Assembly: GCA_020184695.1 (NCBI GenBank) | Contig: JAANOX010000061.1 | Span: 496,001-560,000 of the forward strand | Length of the DNA stretch: 64,000 bases | Direction of reading: 5' to 3' | Origin: Histomonas meleagridis 2922-C6/04-290x | Taxonomy: Eukaryota; Protista; Parabasalia | Notes under the pieces: generated by a model | Told to the model about the DNA's origin: nothing | The model's input: only the letters and a program-made list of their open reading frames with translations | Database searches by the model: none | Part shown: positions 12,200 through 23,660 of the stretch, in pieces | Layout of the letters: each line of letters begins with the position of its first letter | How positions within the stretch are numbered: position 1 is the first letter of the stretch | Position numbers and translations under genes: made by a program

Positions 12200-13790
12200 T
12201 GTTATGTTCGATCGTTTTTGGTTATTTACATTTACAACAATATCTTTTTTTAGATCATAGTCCTTTCTTAACTGTTTTTCTTGTCCGTCAATATGTTTTT
12301 CCATTATTTCGCGTTGCTTCTTTTCTTCAATATATTTTTTCTCGACTTCTTTAGTCGACTTTTTCATATTTCGTTCTTGTTCATCAAAATACTACTTACT
12401 TGCGAGCTCATCATCTTTTTCTCTTTTAGATTCATTTATTTGTTGTTGAAGGAGTTAATTTGAATTTTTCATATGATGAGTAGCATCAGAATTAATATTT
12501 TATGGTGTTTGTGATAGAGCTATTGATAGTGAAAAATTCATATTTGTTTACATTTGTGATATTGCTGAATTTGGTAACATTATTTTTACTTGCGGTGATA
12601 TTACTATTTACACTAACATGAAAATGATCTGTTGAAATTTGTGGAACAATCTTATTTCTTATTTTTTCTGATTTTACGTTCGATTGATTATAGTCATTTA
12701 TTATGAAGCGAAAATAAAAAATTCATGTTGTTTGATATTTCACTTTCGAACGCCATCCTCTTTGAGCTATTCATGAAAAACTTATCTGAACTTCTTATTG
12801 TTTCATTGATTCGTTTGTTTGGACTTATTTATCAACATCATCTTCTTCATATATGTCATTCTACAAACGATGATATTTTTTATTCAATTTCTTGTGCTGT
12901 TGATTCATCTGATCGTGAATTCAATGATGTGTTCCATTAATAATTGATCGTTTAATAGATGAACTTTGACGTCAGGATCATTTTGAATTTCTATTAGGCT
13001 TACCGAACCCAGTGAGGTACTTCTTCGTCATTTCAAGGTATGTATCTGTGAGACGATTAGCTTCTTCTTTTTCTTGTTCAGCTTTCCGCAACTGTTTTTC
13101 TTGTTCTTCAATATGTTTTTCCATTATCTCGCGCTGTTTCTTTTCTTCATTATATTTTTGCTCAGCTTCTTTAGTCGCCTTTTTCATCTTTTGTTCTTGT
13201 TAATCAAGATACTTTTTACGTGCTAGCTCATCATCTTTTTCTCTCTTGTATTCACTGTTGATTCCACTTGTTGTGTAACTTCTTCATCAGCATCAACGTC
13301 TTCATAAATGTCACTCTTCAAACGATGGTATTTCTTTTTTAATTGATTATGCTTTCCTGTTAATTTATCTAATCGGGAATTGAGTTCGATAATATGTTCC
13401 ATTTATATAATATAATGATTAATATAATATAATATAATAATAATTGATCATTTTATAAATAAACTTTTCCGTCAGAATTATTTTTAATTATTTTTGATCA
13501 ATCGTTGGAGTTTTTGGTTTCTTCGCTGTGACTCTAGTACATTTTAAAAGAATTTGACGTCAAAAAATTCATTTATAACACCGTTTTTAGCATTATTGAT
13601 TGAAAAATCTTTTTCTTCTCTCGTCAGATTTTTTACTGGTTTATTTGTGATATTAATCTCTTCAGGCTCATCTTTTTCCGAACCTTGTGAGGTTCGATCC
13701 TCAATCCAATGGATGAGCTTCTGCGAATCTGGCGTGACTGCTTCAACAATTATTTATGTCTTCGTCTCAATCATTATTTATATTTCGTAA
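12200..13790 (-). pseudogene. Two tandem paralogous copies of a coiled-coil element gene
   Basis: DQLLMEHIIE..KKYHRL.(N/S)DIYE occurs at about 12950 and 13400. The segment 12300-12430 resembles 13105-13250 at nucleotide level. ORF 12978-13187 is K/E-rich. Confidence 0.55.
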
Positions 13791-13815
13791 AATAAATAAT
13801 TTTCACTGTTTTATT

Positions 13816-14208
13816 TTACAAATGTTTTCCTGTTGTAACAACTGCAGGTTTTAATTGACCATAAATTTTTCCTCCCGCTTGAATACATGGTTGAGTTTTG
13901 TCGGATATTTTTTTACCTGTATCTATTATTCTATCAACAATTTCTTTTCTTCTATCAACTGCTTGTCTTATTTTTTCTTTAAGTCTACTATCTGGCACCA
14001 TATCTACTATTTGATCTATTTTATCTGTTATTTGCTGTTTTTTGTCTCTAACGGTCTGTATTGCTTCTGGCATTTAAGAATCATTTCGATGCATCTCTTA
14101 ACATATGGAGATACTTTTCCAATTATTCTTTTTTCTGGTTTTTCTGACTAATCTACCTGCACCTTGTATAAATTTTCTTATTCCACCGAATATTCTTCCT
14201 AATCCCAT
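13816..14208 (-). pseudogene. Small basic protein with N-terminal amphipathic helix (frameshifted)
   Basis: ATG at 14208 gives MGLGRIFGGIRKFIQGAGRLVRK; frameshifts lead into ORF 13816-14073. Confidence 0.55.
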
Positions 14209-14289
14209 TTAATTATATTAAAAAAGCACTTTATATCATTAAAAATGAGTCAAAACATTAATGTTAATAAATAAATGGTTCTATTCTCT

Positions 14290-14800
14290 GATAAAACATT
14301 TATTGGAAGATGTTAGGCACAAGTATTTCGAACTATAAATGGCCATATAGTTCTCTCTCGTTCACTCTACAGTCAATATTAATAATTCAACCTGGCATTA
14401 TAGAAACATTAAAAGAGAAACTTATTAAAACATAAATTTCCAATATTAGTAACTAATCTACGTGATGTCATTGGTTTTGTTAAATCAAGATTCTATATTA
14501 GAGAGATAAAAGAAGATCAAACATATATTAGAGAAACATCACTAACAAAAATTCGTGAAGAGCTTTCTTTATACAAGCCATTCAAAGGAAACACTAAAGT
14601 AACATTATATCATATAATATCGAAATATTCAAACTGGTTTGCTTCCGATTCTAAATTGATGACAAACAATATGATTAATATTTACCAGGGATCTAAGTAT
14701 AATGAAAATAAATCAGATGATTTCACACTACGTCAACCATTTCTGAATCACATAAGACATATTGTTTGTTATTTGATAATATTGAAGATGATGTTGATGA
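14290..14800 (+). pseudogene. Primase-helicase, copy 2 (internal fragment)
   Basis: Homologous to about 3040-3480, including a 126-nt identical tract (14488-14613 = 3167-3292). Confidence 0.75.
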
Positions 14801-15589
14801 AGATTCAATTTCTGTATAAGAAACGATTGAACATGACATGAATAAAGAAAAATGCTTGTCTGAACTACGATTAACTGTGAAAAAATAATTAAACATTTTT
14901 GACATTAATTATTTTTGTCATGTATTTCATTATTTTCGTAAATGAAAAAGCTAAACCAAACAATTTCAGAAAGTTCAGCTATTCCATTTTATCTGGCACA
15001 ATGCCAGTTGTAGAATTATTCGAAAATAAGTCAAAATAGAAAAATGTTCTGGAAGCTTCGAGTGCCTAACCTCTCGGTTCATGAGCGCTCCCGCGCGAAA
15101 CACAGCAATAATGTTGTCACTAATGATTCCAGTAACTTTTCCAACAATCAAGTGATTAATGATTTAATAATATTATTTAATTTTGCCGTTAATGGTGTTT
15201 CATCATCTAATATTAATTGATCATAAAGTACAGTACTAACAATTTTATATTTCGATGGATTCACATCAAAATAATGATCACCATGTGTTGCGGAATTCAT
15301 AGATCATAAATAAAAATATTTTGTTTGATGGTATCTCCTATTCGGAATATTTCTTTTGAGTGATGTTTTGCGATCCGAATTCAGATTAAAATGCTGTATC
15401 AGCAGCTGTAAAGAATGCATATATTATATCAAATATTATTAATATTAATGATCATTTGTTTTGTAAGATAGTATTCTGTCGTTATTACCCATCATTATTA
15501 TGCATTATTTTTCTGTGTTTTTTACGGCATTTTATTAATGAATCGTTTACCGAAGTTATACACAATAACTCCATATAGGAATCATCAGC

Positions 15590-16175
15590 GACATATCAAC
15601 AGTGATTTATTGGTGTTGATGTGCGCAGAATTTCAGAATAAAAAATCAATTCCATCTCTTAGCGCCTCAACGGAATACCTGTTCCAACACTCTATACATG
15701 GAGGAAATGCTATAGGAATGATTCTGCCTGATATCCTCAAAATAATTATTTTAGTAAAAATAAAAGGATATTTTCTGATAGTGAAGAAAACGAATTTGTA
15801 TCGTACATTTCAGGCATTAATTGAAAATGGGAACTTATTTACGAACGAAGACGTCAAAGGAATTGCAATTGAATACTATATAAACATTCATGCATTAGAT
15901 GAAAATATTAAGCCATTCATCTGTTCAGATGGTATTATTGCAGACTTTTAGAACGTACAACAAGCCGGAGATCGCGATGCCGGCTCAAAAGCAGACACAA
16001 ATTTACATCAAAAAGGTTACATTATAAGCGCCGACCAAATGTTTCACCTTATAAAGAGAAAGAATGGATAAATTAAATGAGAAAATTATTGACAGAATCA
16101 TCAACTGCGGTCTGTTAACATGGGCAATTGTTGGAGAAGACAATGTAAGGACATTAATCAATGCAAGCGAAAAGT
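15590..16175 (+). mobile_element. Degraded pogo/Tc5-type (CENP-B HTH + DDE) transposase
   Basis: HTH RLNGIPVPTLYTWRKC; FSDSEENEFVSYI; FICSDGIIADF; HKFTSKRLHYKRRP; RIINC--GLLTWAIVGEDNV. The first catalytic D (NCDET-type) is deleted. Confidence 0.65.
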
Positions 16176-16750
16176 AAAACATCAAAATAAAATTAGCAGA
16201 ATATTCATTAGGAATAAATATTTCTAATTAATTAACTCCTAAATATATACAAGTTCCATTATTATTCCCCCATACATCTATGTCAGGTAAAAGATTTTAC
16301 ACAAGAATATCACAGCGATAAAACTTGTATAGATACTGTTGCTATAAGTATTAATATTATATATAAATATATAGTATTGAACATTGCGATACTTTATTCA
16401 CAGTATTTCGTGTAAATCAAGATAGCATAACATGTTTTTTATATCCACATCATTCTTATAGATTCAATATTGATTAAAAATGTATACAAGAGAAGACTAT
16501 AATATATTACAGTAGATTATGATAAAAATATGAATATGTTAATCTGAATGGCAGTCTATTATCTAGTATAAATGAGGATCTAAAGAAATCATTACAATTG
16601 TATTTTGATTAATATAAGTCTGATGATAATAGTGTTATAACTGAAACAAGAGTTTGGATATATTGAGATAATAGTAATCTTAATATTGTCTTTCCATTTG
16701 CAGAAAGTGAAAACTTCCAAAAAGGTATATCAACAACTGGCACTATATAA
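16176..16750 (+). pseudogene. Probable major capsid protein, copy 4 (C-terminal half)
   Basis: IKIKLAEY, VPLLFPIHLCQVKDFTQ, HCDTLFTVFR, VNLNGSLLSSINEDL and FPFAESENFQKGISTTGT align with copy 1. Confidence 0.7.
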
Positions 16751-16754
16751 GATA

Positions 16755-17310
16755 AATGAAGCAGAAAAAAATAAAATTACTGCTGCTATTCAAGAGAACA
16801 TTAGATTAGAGCAATCGATAAGATAAAAAGAGCTTGACCGAAAGTTATATATTAAACAACGACAATTACTTGAAAAAGAAATGATGCGAAAAATACATCT
16901 AAACGCGTCATTAGATAAAGTAACTGAAATTGATGAATACAATGATTTTTTAGATCCAGGCGAGTATTCAAAAAAGGCAATTGTTGTTTTTGTGGAAAAA
17001 TGGAGGATAAAAAGACTGAAGAATTAAAGAATTAATTAAAAGCTAAAGAAGAATTATGGAAAAGTAGTGTTGCTCAGCAAAAAGCACAATATATGCTTGA
17101 AAATAATGATGCGTCCATCGTTTCACAAGTTAAATACATGAAAGCACAATTAAAAAAGCAAGAAATAATTTAGCTAGTCACGCCGAAGCGTTAAAATTAG
17201 TAAAGGCTTCAATTAATGAAAAATATAAAATTGTCCCTTCACCAATACTAAATGAATTTTATGCTAAGAATCCTAAATATCAGTATGATGCATCAAATGA
17301 TCATGGCTCA
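16755..17310 (+). pseudogene. ORF-X copy (coiled-coil, degraded)
   Basis: SHAEALKLVKASINEKYKIVPSPILNEFYAKNPKYQYDASN matches ORF 11909-12139. Confidence 0.6.
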
Positions 17311-17559
17311 TTGACGGCATCGTCGACGTTAGCATTAATAACGGATTCAGCATAACACATTTTTTTTTTTTGATAGAATTAAAAAATGATTAAAAATAGC
17401 CAGTCGGAAGTCATGATATCATATATATCAAGAACACATGGAAACACATTAAAACAAAAACGTGCAAAATTGATTTAATAACAGGTTTGGCATTTTCTAC
17501 TGTATCCTGTGATTGTTTATTTTCAAATACTTCATGCACTTCATCGTTAATGCTATCCA

Positions 17560-19116
17560 TAATAATTCGATAAGTTCTTTTATTTTTGTATTTTCTTCGC
17601 TAAAGTTTCCTTCTTCGTCCGGTATACCTGTCGGAATGCTTGTTACACTTGACATATAAGCTCCGTTTATGTCGATATAATATAATTTCTGTGATAAATA
17701 TATTTTACTTTATATAGTACGTGGGAATACTAATTCATATCTAATCTTTTCTGCTATATTTCCTGATAATTCATAAACGTCATCAAAACATCCGTATTCA
17801 TACATGATCTTTCGCATTGAATCAGCAAATTTATAATAGCTGCCAACATTGATTTTAACACCTAATGAATTTACTAGTCCTTGTACAAGGACTTCTTGTA
17901 AACGTTCATGCATATCATTCTCGTCAGGAGTATATCCAGAGAATGACTTCGTTTGATTTACTTTCTTAACGAATGACGGTAACTCTTTTTTATCAGGAAT
18001 AACAATTTTTCGGATACTGTTATATTTTTCGCTTTCCCGCTCATAACTCCAACACAATTTATTAAATGTTATTTGATTCATTGGAACCAATAATTGTTCT
18101 TTTTCCATTTTATGTATTAATTTTTTGATACTTAAGCCTTTCTTACTGAATAAATATCTTTTATCATCATATTTTAATAGCATCATTTTCCGCTGATGGT
18201 TCTTAAATCTTGGTTCTTCATCAATCCTATCATAATTCCTTAAGTAAAATTCACTAACATTAACATTATCACACAAAATATAGTTCTCATCAATAATAAT
18301 TAATTTTATCTTTTTATCGTACTGTTCGCCAAAACTGCAGTGTGAATTATTGATCTTACAGTAAACATTAACTTTTAACAGATTTGAAATTTCATTTAAC
18401 TCACTACGAGGAACAGTTCTTGTTATAATAAATGATCATAACATATTCATATCATTTTTTGAAGATAATTTGCTTGCCTCTAATGCTCGAATCATTAATT
18501 TTATCATTATTTACTTAATTAAATATACCGAATTTTGTTATATCGCTATCTGTTTTATTTAGATATGGAAAGAATCCAGGATTAATTCTTTTTCCTTTTT
18601 TGAGATCTCTTAATGCAAAATGAATTGATTTAATGTCGAGATAAGAATCTAAGGCAACTTTGTTTGAATCACTGATCACTTAATAAATATTTATCATCAT
18701 GAGTATAATCTATTGATGAGTATTCACTATGAGTATGATTTATTTATGAATATTTGTCATCATGATTATGTGTTTCTTCCTTTCAAGTTATTTAAATGAT
18801 TAATAAAATTGGATGGTGTGATTGTGTCATTTTTGGGCGATGGATTCGTAAGTCCTATACTTCTTAATTCGTAATTTATTTTGTCTGAAATGCTTAATAG
18901 AGCATAAGAATCAAAATGGTTATCATTTGAAGTTTCTTCTGATGGGATGCGCACTATTTTGTTGTTCATTTCTGTGCATTCGACAAATGCTTCCATGAGC
19001 CTATCCATTATTAATGTTTGGGTAAATGGTTTCTTCTTCATTAATATTAATAAACGTCTTTTGATTCTATTATAAAATAACGTTCTAATTTTATGAATAT
19101 AAATATTTGTCACCAC
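17560..19116 (-). pseudogene. Protein-primed-type family B DNA polymerase, copy 1 (C-terminally truncated)
   Basis: ORF 17710-18276 continues in frame past one TAA into KLYYIDINGAYMSSVTSIPTG (PolB motif A variant, 17650-17673), preceded by YGCFDDVYELSG. ORF 18766-19116 may be the N-terminal part. Confidence 0.65.
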
Positions 19117-19179
19117 TCTGAACTATAACAACATATAAGGTTAATATAATGTACTAAAAATAAAAATACATATTAAATA

Positions 19180-19668
19180 ATGAATACAAAAATAAAGTTC
19201 CTCATCTATTATGGAGATATTGATATTTGGTTTTTCATGTCTGTGCGTATCTATTTCTTTTCTAAAGAAGAAGATATTCAAGACATTTATTTTACACAGC
19301 ATTTTGATGACACAGAAAAAACAGAAATTCAAACCGTGCAAGTTGCAGTAAATAATAATTATAATATGTATAAGGATACAAATCTTATGGATATGATATC
19401 TTCAATAGGAGCAGAGGCATATAGAAATTCAGAAATACGAAAATTATTTGACGATCTATTCATAGAATTTAACAATTTAAAAACATGTTCCACAGGATCG
19501 CCTGAATTTATTGCACAGAAAGGTCGACCAATCACAAAACAATCTTTGTTGATCATAAAAAATGCGGTGCACATAAAACGAAGAGAACATATCGATGCCA
19601 TAAATGTGGAAAAGAAGGACATAACTCAGCAACATGTAAACTATAATGAAATAATTAGATATATATAA
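19180..19668 (+). CDS. Hypothetical protein (162 aa)
   Basis: ATG-initiated ORF; no recognised motif. Confidence 0.3.
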   Translation: MNTKIKFLIYYGDIDIWFFMSVRIYFFSKEEDIQDIYFTQHFDDTEKTEIQTVQVAVNNNYNMYKDTNLMDMISSIGAEAYRNSEIRKLFDDLFIEFNNLKTCSTGSPEFIAQKGRPITKQSLLIIKNAVHIKRREHIDAINVEKKDITQQHVNYNEIIRYI

Positions 19669-20689
19669 AGCAGTGGGAAATAATGATAAAAAGAAAAGAA
19701 TGATGAAAGATAAACAAATAGAATGCTAGATGATAAACAAAGGAATAACAAAAGTAAAGAGAAAAGAATGATATAAGATAAAGAAAAAGAATTATAAATA
19801 TGGAGGGAAATAATAATGATAGATATACAAAAAAGATGATAGAAGAAATGAGAAAAGAATGAATAAATAAGCGAAAAGAATGATTAAAGATAAACAAAAA
19901 AAATTAAGATAGATAGGATTGCTATAAAAAATAAATTAAGTGAAAATACACATAAAAAATAATAGATTAATCAATAAAAAATCGTATAAGAAATGAACAA
20001 GGAAAAGAGAAAAATAAAAACGAATTGAAAATTATATTAAATGAATAAAATTATGAAATTATATAATTTTTTTCTATTCCCAAATTATTTTAATGGTTTA
20101 ACATAAGAAACAGAGATATCATACGTTTTTCGTTATCATTTATAATATTTATTTTCAATACGATATCTCATCGAATAATGTTGTGTTTTAAGATTTATAA
20201 TATTCAAATTATTAAAACAACATAACTAAGCAAATATAATGATTTTTAATTTTGATCTAAAAAGTTCATGCATTTGGTTTCGACAATCACGACATCTCTT
20301 CATAATGTTGAATAATAATATAAACGCTCATAAAATACATAATAGTAATTGTTCTAATAATATCGCCAATTTTTCGAGAAGTTTAGCTTGAGCAACAATA
20401 AGCATAACATTAACAGTTTCTTCGTGTTATTTTTTGAATTTCGAAATTATCGAGCTGAAATATAGGTTTAAAAAAACATTTAGATGAACTTGCGAAAGTA
20501 AACATCAATGCACAATCACAACTTATATTTGAATAAATTCATTTCAATATTTGTTTTTTATGAATTTTTTAGCTGATAATAGCAATTGATTGCGATTCAT
20601 GAGTGTGAATTGATATCATTTGTTTTTTATAGTTCTTTTCTTTCTTTTTGATCTATGATCAAACTTAAACAACTTAATTTTCTAGAAAC

Positions 20690-21288
20690 TCGAGAATAGC
20701 AATGCCAACTTCCACATTCACAGAATCAAACACATTCATAGAATCAAATACATTTATACTATCAGACACATTCACAGAATCGCTTCGAAGTGATGCAACT
20801 ATATCATTTACATTCACATTGACGTATCTGCTGTCAGTCACGATACAATAACTATATGTGGTACACAAACAAATTCATTTTCGCTTTCCGCTGTTGGCAC
20901 GTCGCTCACTTACATCCAGACGGAGGTCGTCTACCACGAGCGCACAGTCGTTGTGTTTTCTTCGTGCTACAGCTACTACACAAATTTCTACACTGTCGTA
21001 TATCCAAATGAGTCACAAGCGAGCGACAACAATGGGATAATTATCACTTCGGTTTGCGCTGTTGTTGCTGCTGCCATCATGATCTCTCTGCTTGCCGTTG
21101 TATTGATTCGTTTTCGGAACAATAAACAAATGAGGAGCGATCAAGAACAAAAACAAGATTTAATACATTTTGAAAAAAAAGTTTCCGAAACTGGGATCAC
21201 CTTCACAATTGGGATGACAAGCACAAGCATCGAAATAGATCCATTTGCTAATGATTTCAAGGATACCAAATTCGTCAATCAGATATAA
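20690..21288 (+). pseudogene. Type I membrane/surface protein C-terminal remnant
   Basis: S/T/F-rich stalk, transmembrane segment IIITSVCAVVAAAIMISLLAVVLI, cytosolic tail ending IEIDPFANDFKDTKFVNQI*. No N-terminal ORF. Confidence 0.6.
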
Positions 21289-21629
21289 TTTTCATTTCAT
21301 TATATAAACTCATTACTATTTTAATTATTATTTTGTGATTTTATTTTATTTTTATGTTATTTAGATTCCTGTTTGATATTGAATTGATATAAAGCACAAT
21401 CGTGTGGGCTTTGTTTTGAACAACATAATAAAGTTCAGATTTAAACCGTGATGTTTTCACATTTTTTTATAACCATTAATTTTTTTGGGAACGGATTTCC
21501 TATATATATTCAATTCTGACTCGTGATTAAAATCCCTCTTCTCTCATACATTCTACTTAATACGTAATGTGGGGGAATACAGTTTTTACATCCAAAGAAA
21601 TTTTAAATATGGAGTAACACAAAAAAATA

Positions 21630-22108
21630 GCATTCATAGAATCGCTTCGAAGCGACGCCACCTTGTCGCTCATATTCACTAACGCATTCACTGTCGTTCA
21701 CGTACACGCTAACTATATGTGCCATACACACAAATTCGCTTTCTCCTACCGTCGTCACCTCGTCACTTACAAACGTTCGAAGTGAGCTCGTCTTCTATGA
21801 TCACAGAGTCGTTGCAATCTCTTCGTACTACAGATTCTACACGCAACTCTTCACCGTCGTGTTCCAGGCCTCCCCTTCATCCGCTGGCGGCATATCGGCG
21901 CCAGCTTTGACTGGTATTGTTTGCGAGTCGGCTGTGGCTATCGTTGCCGGCATCGTTGTCTTCTTGGTGCAGAGCAATAAGGAAAAAAAATAGTCATTGG
22001 CAAAAATGGAATTCAAAGACACACTCGACGTCGAGTACAAAGCTTGTCGAAGAGATCAGTGGAAGCATCGGATATATGGCGAAAGCGGACGAGGACGATT
22101 GGATATGA
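21630..22108 (+). pseudogene. Paralogous surface protein remnant
   Basis: Nucleotide similarity to 20770-21120 (e.g. gaatcgcttcgaag, actatatgtg, acaaattc); degenerate transmembrane segment and acidic tail. Confidence 0.5.
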
Positions 22109-22860
22109 ATATGATTGTATAAATTAATATAAACTTGAGTGTTTTTGTTTGAGTTAATGTGAATCAACGCTTTGAGAGATACCATAAAACGTTCATCTTT
22201 GGGGTATGGAAAAATTTGAAATGTGCAATGTTTTTCCATGTAAAAATATTCTCATAAAAAATAGAACTTAGTGAACATTAATTTCGTTTTATGGAACTCT
22301 TAATATTTACAGCAAACCCTATTATAGATTCACATAAATTATCAAAATAATTTATATTTAAAAATCAATTGATATTGCTTTACTGAATTGCAGTATAAAA
22401 GTGCAAAATTCTTAATCAATAGACGATATTCAATTCGTTGGCATAAAAATACTAATAGAAAATATTCATTACTATTGATTCGTATGACACTTTTTTGCCC
22501 TGAGATCACGACAATTGAAAATTTGATGAAAATGGAAAAATAGTTTTCATTCATAAATAATCGGAGCAAAATGACATTCGACGATGACATGAATATTTTG
22601 ACACTCTACATAAAGAAATTGTATTAACACATAATTATTTGAATGCATTCAAATATATTTTACAACCAAAATTATTCAATGAGTATTCATTTGTGACGAG
22701 GCGATTCAATTTAAAAATATGAAATTGAATGAAAAATTATTGCTGTAACATTTTTGCCCTATATCGGTACGGTTAGTTATGAAAAAGTGGATATAATCCA
22801 TTCAAAAAGTCGGGCACTTTTTTGCCCTGGATTTACGATAAGCCATTTTTCTAGGTACTC

Positions 22861-23445
22861 TAATAGGAATTCTTAAAAAAATTCTTTACAATAACTTCTT
22901 TAGATGAAGTAATAGCACTAAAATCACAATAAATTCTCGGAACCATTGGATCGTGATTACGAATTTTTTTCATAATCGCAAAACAATCATTTAATGCTTT
23001 AGCTTCATCGGATAGTGAATTGTAAATCACATAAACCATTCATACCTAGCATTATGAACATCTTGAATTTTATCTGTGTTTAGATAGACTCTATACTGAT
23101 CCAAAGCATCTGCCGAGCACTTATATCCGACATAATACTCTTTAAATAATTAGCCTGTTTGTGATGGTACAATTATCTGAACTTCTTGTTCTAAAGTAAT
23201 ATTAAAGTAATATGACTATTATCTAAATCAATAATTTTAAAACCATCTGTGAATATGTCGACATAAGTTGTGTCACCTCCGTTAATGTCTTCAACATTTT
23301 TGTTCGAAGTAGCTGTAGTGTATTTAATATTGCAGGGAATAATTTAGAAAGCTTTCACAGCTTCATCAACAGCATTATACCAGTCTCGTAAATTTTCAGA
23401 CATTGCATCAATCACGTTTGGTTGTTGATTCTGTGACGCAAACAT
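22861..23445 (-). pseudogene. Probable major capsid protein, copy 5 (N-terminal part)
   Basis: ATG at 23445 (MFASQNQQPNVIDAMSENLRDWY). 22861-23381 is a near-exact reverse complement of 8169-8688. Confidence 0.75.
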
Positions 23446-23459
23446 TCCTAAGTAATAAA

Positions 23460-23660
23460 AAAATGAAATTGTCATGTATGTTTTATCAGTTATTAGCCAT
23501 TACTTCTTGTTTACTTATCATATCAAAAAAATCTCCAAGATTGTCATAAAGTCCTTGTAAACATTCTAAATCATATATAAATGGATCATTTGATGCAGCA
23601 TACTGATATTTGTGATTTTTCGCATATAATTCATTTAGTATTGGTGGAGAACTGATTACA
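23460..23660 (-). pseudogene. ORF-X C-terminal part upstream of capsid copy 5
   Basis: PPILNELYAKNHKYQYAASNDPFIYDLECLQGLYDNLGDFFDMISKQEVMANN*. Confidence 0.6.

Larger units (their letters stand above)
1..23660. mobile_element. Cluster of nested, degraded Maverick/Polinton-like endogenous DNA virus elements, with interspersed host-like DNA
   Basis: Co-occurrence of packaging ATPase (Walker B LILDDF), SF3 helicase (GAQDSGKS), PolB motif A (DINGAYMS) and multicopy capsid-sized genes, all with stops or frameshifts. No termini or integrase identified. Confidence 0.8.

Noticed and set aside
13685-13705. tRNA gene (GGTTCGATCC B-box/T-arm look-alike)
   Set aside because: No D-arm, anticodon arm or acceptor stem; the sequence is part of a small palindrome inside a coding relic.
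15040-15160. Uracil phosphoribosyltransferase-like snippet (IIAVFRAGALM...SKLPE, minus strand)
   Set aside because: Only two short motifs at the wrong spacing in a ~55-codon frame; cannot be distinguished from chance.
19655-20040. Purine-rich repeat or hydrophobic ORF 19655-19897
   Set aside because: Low-complexity A/G tract with loose AAAAGAATGAT repeats; the antisense F/I/L-rich ORF is a compositional artefact.
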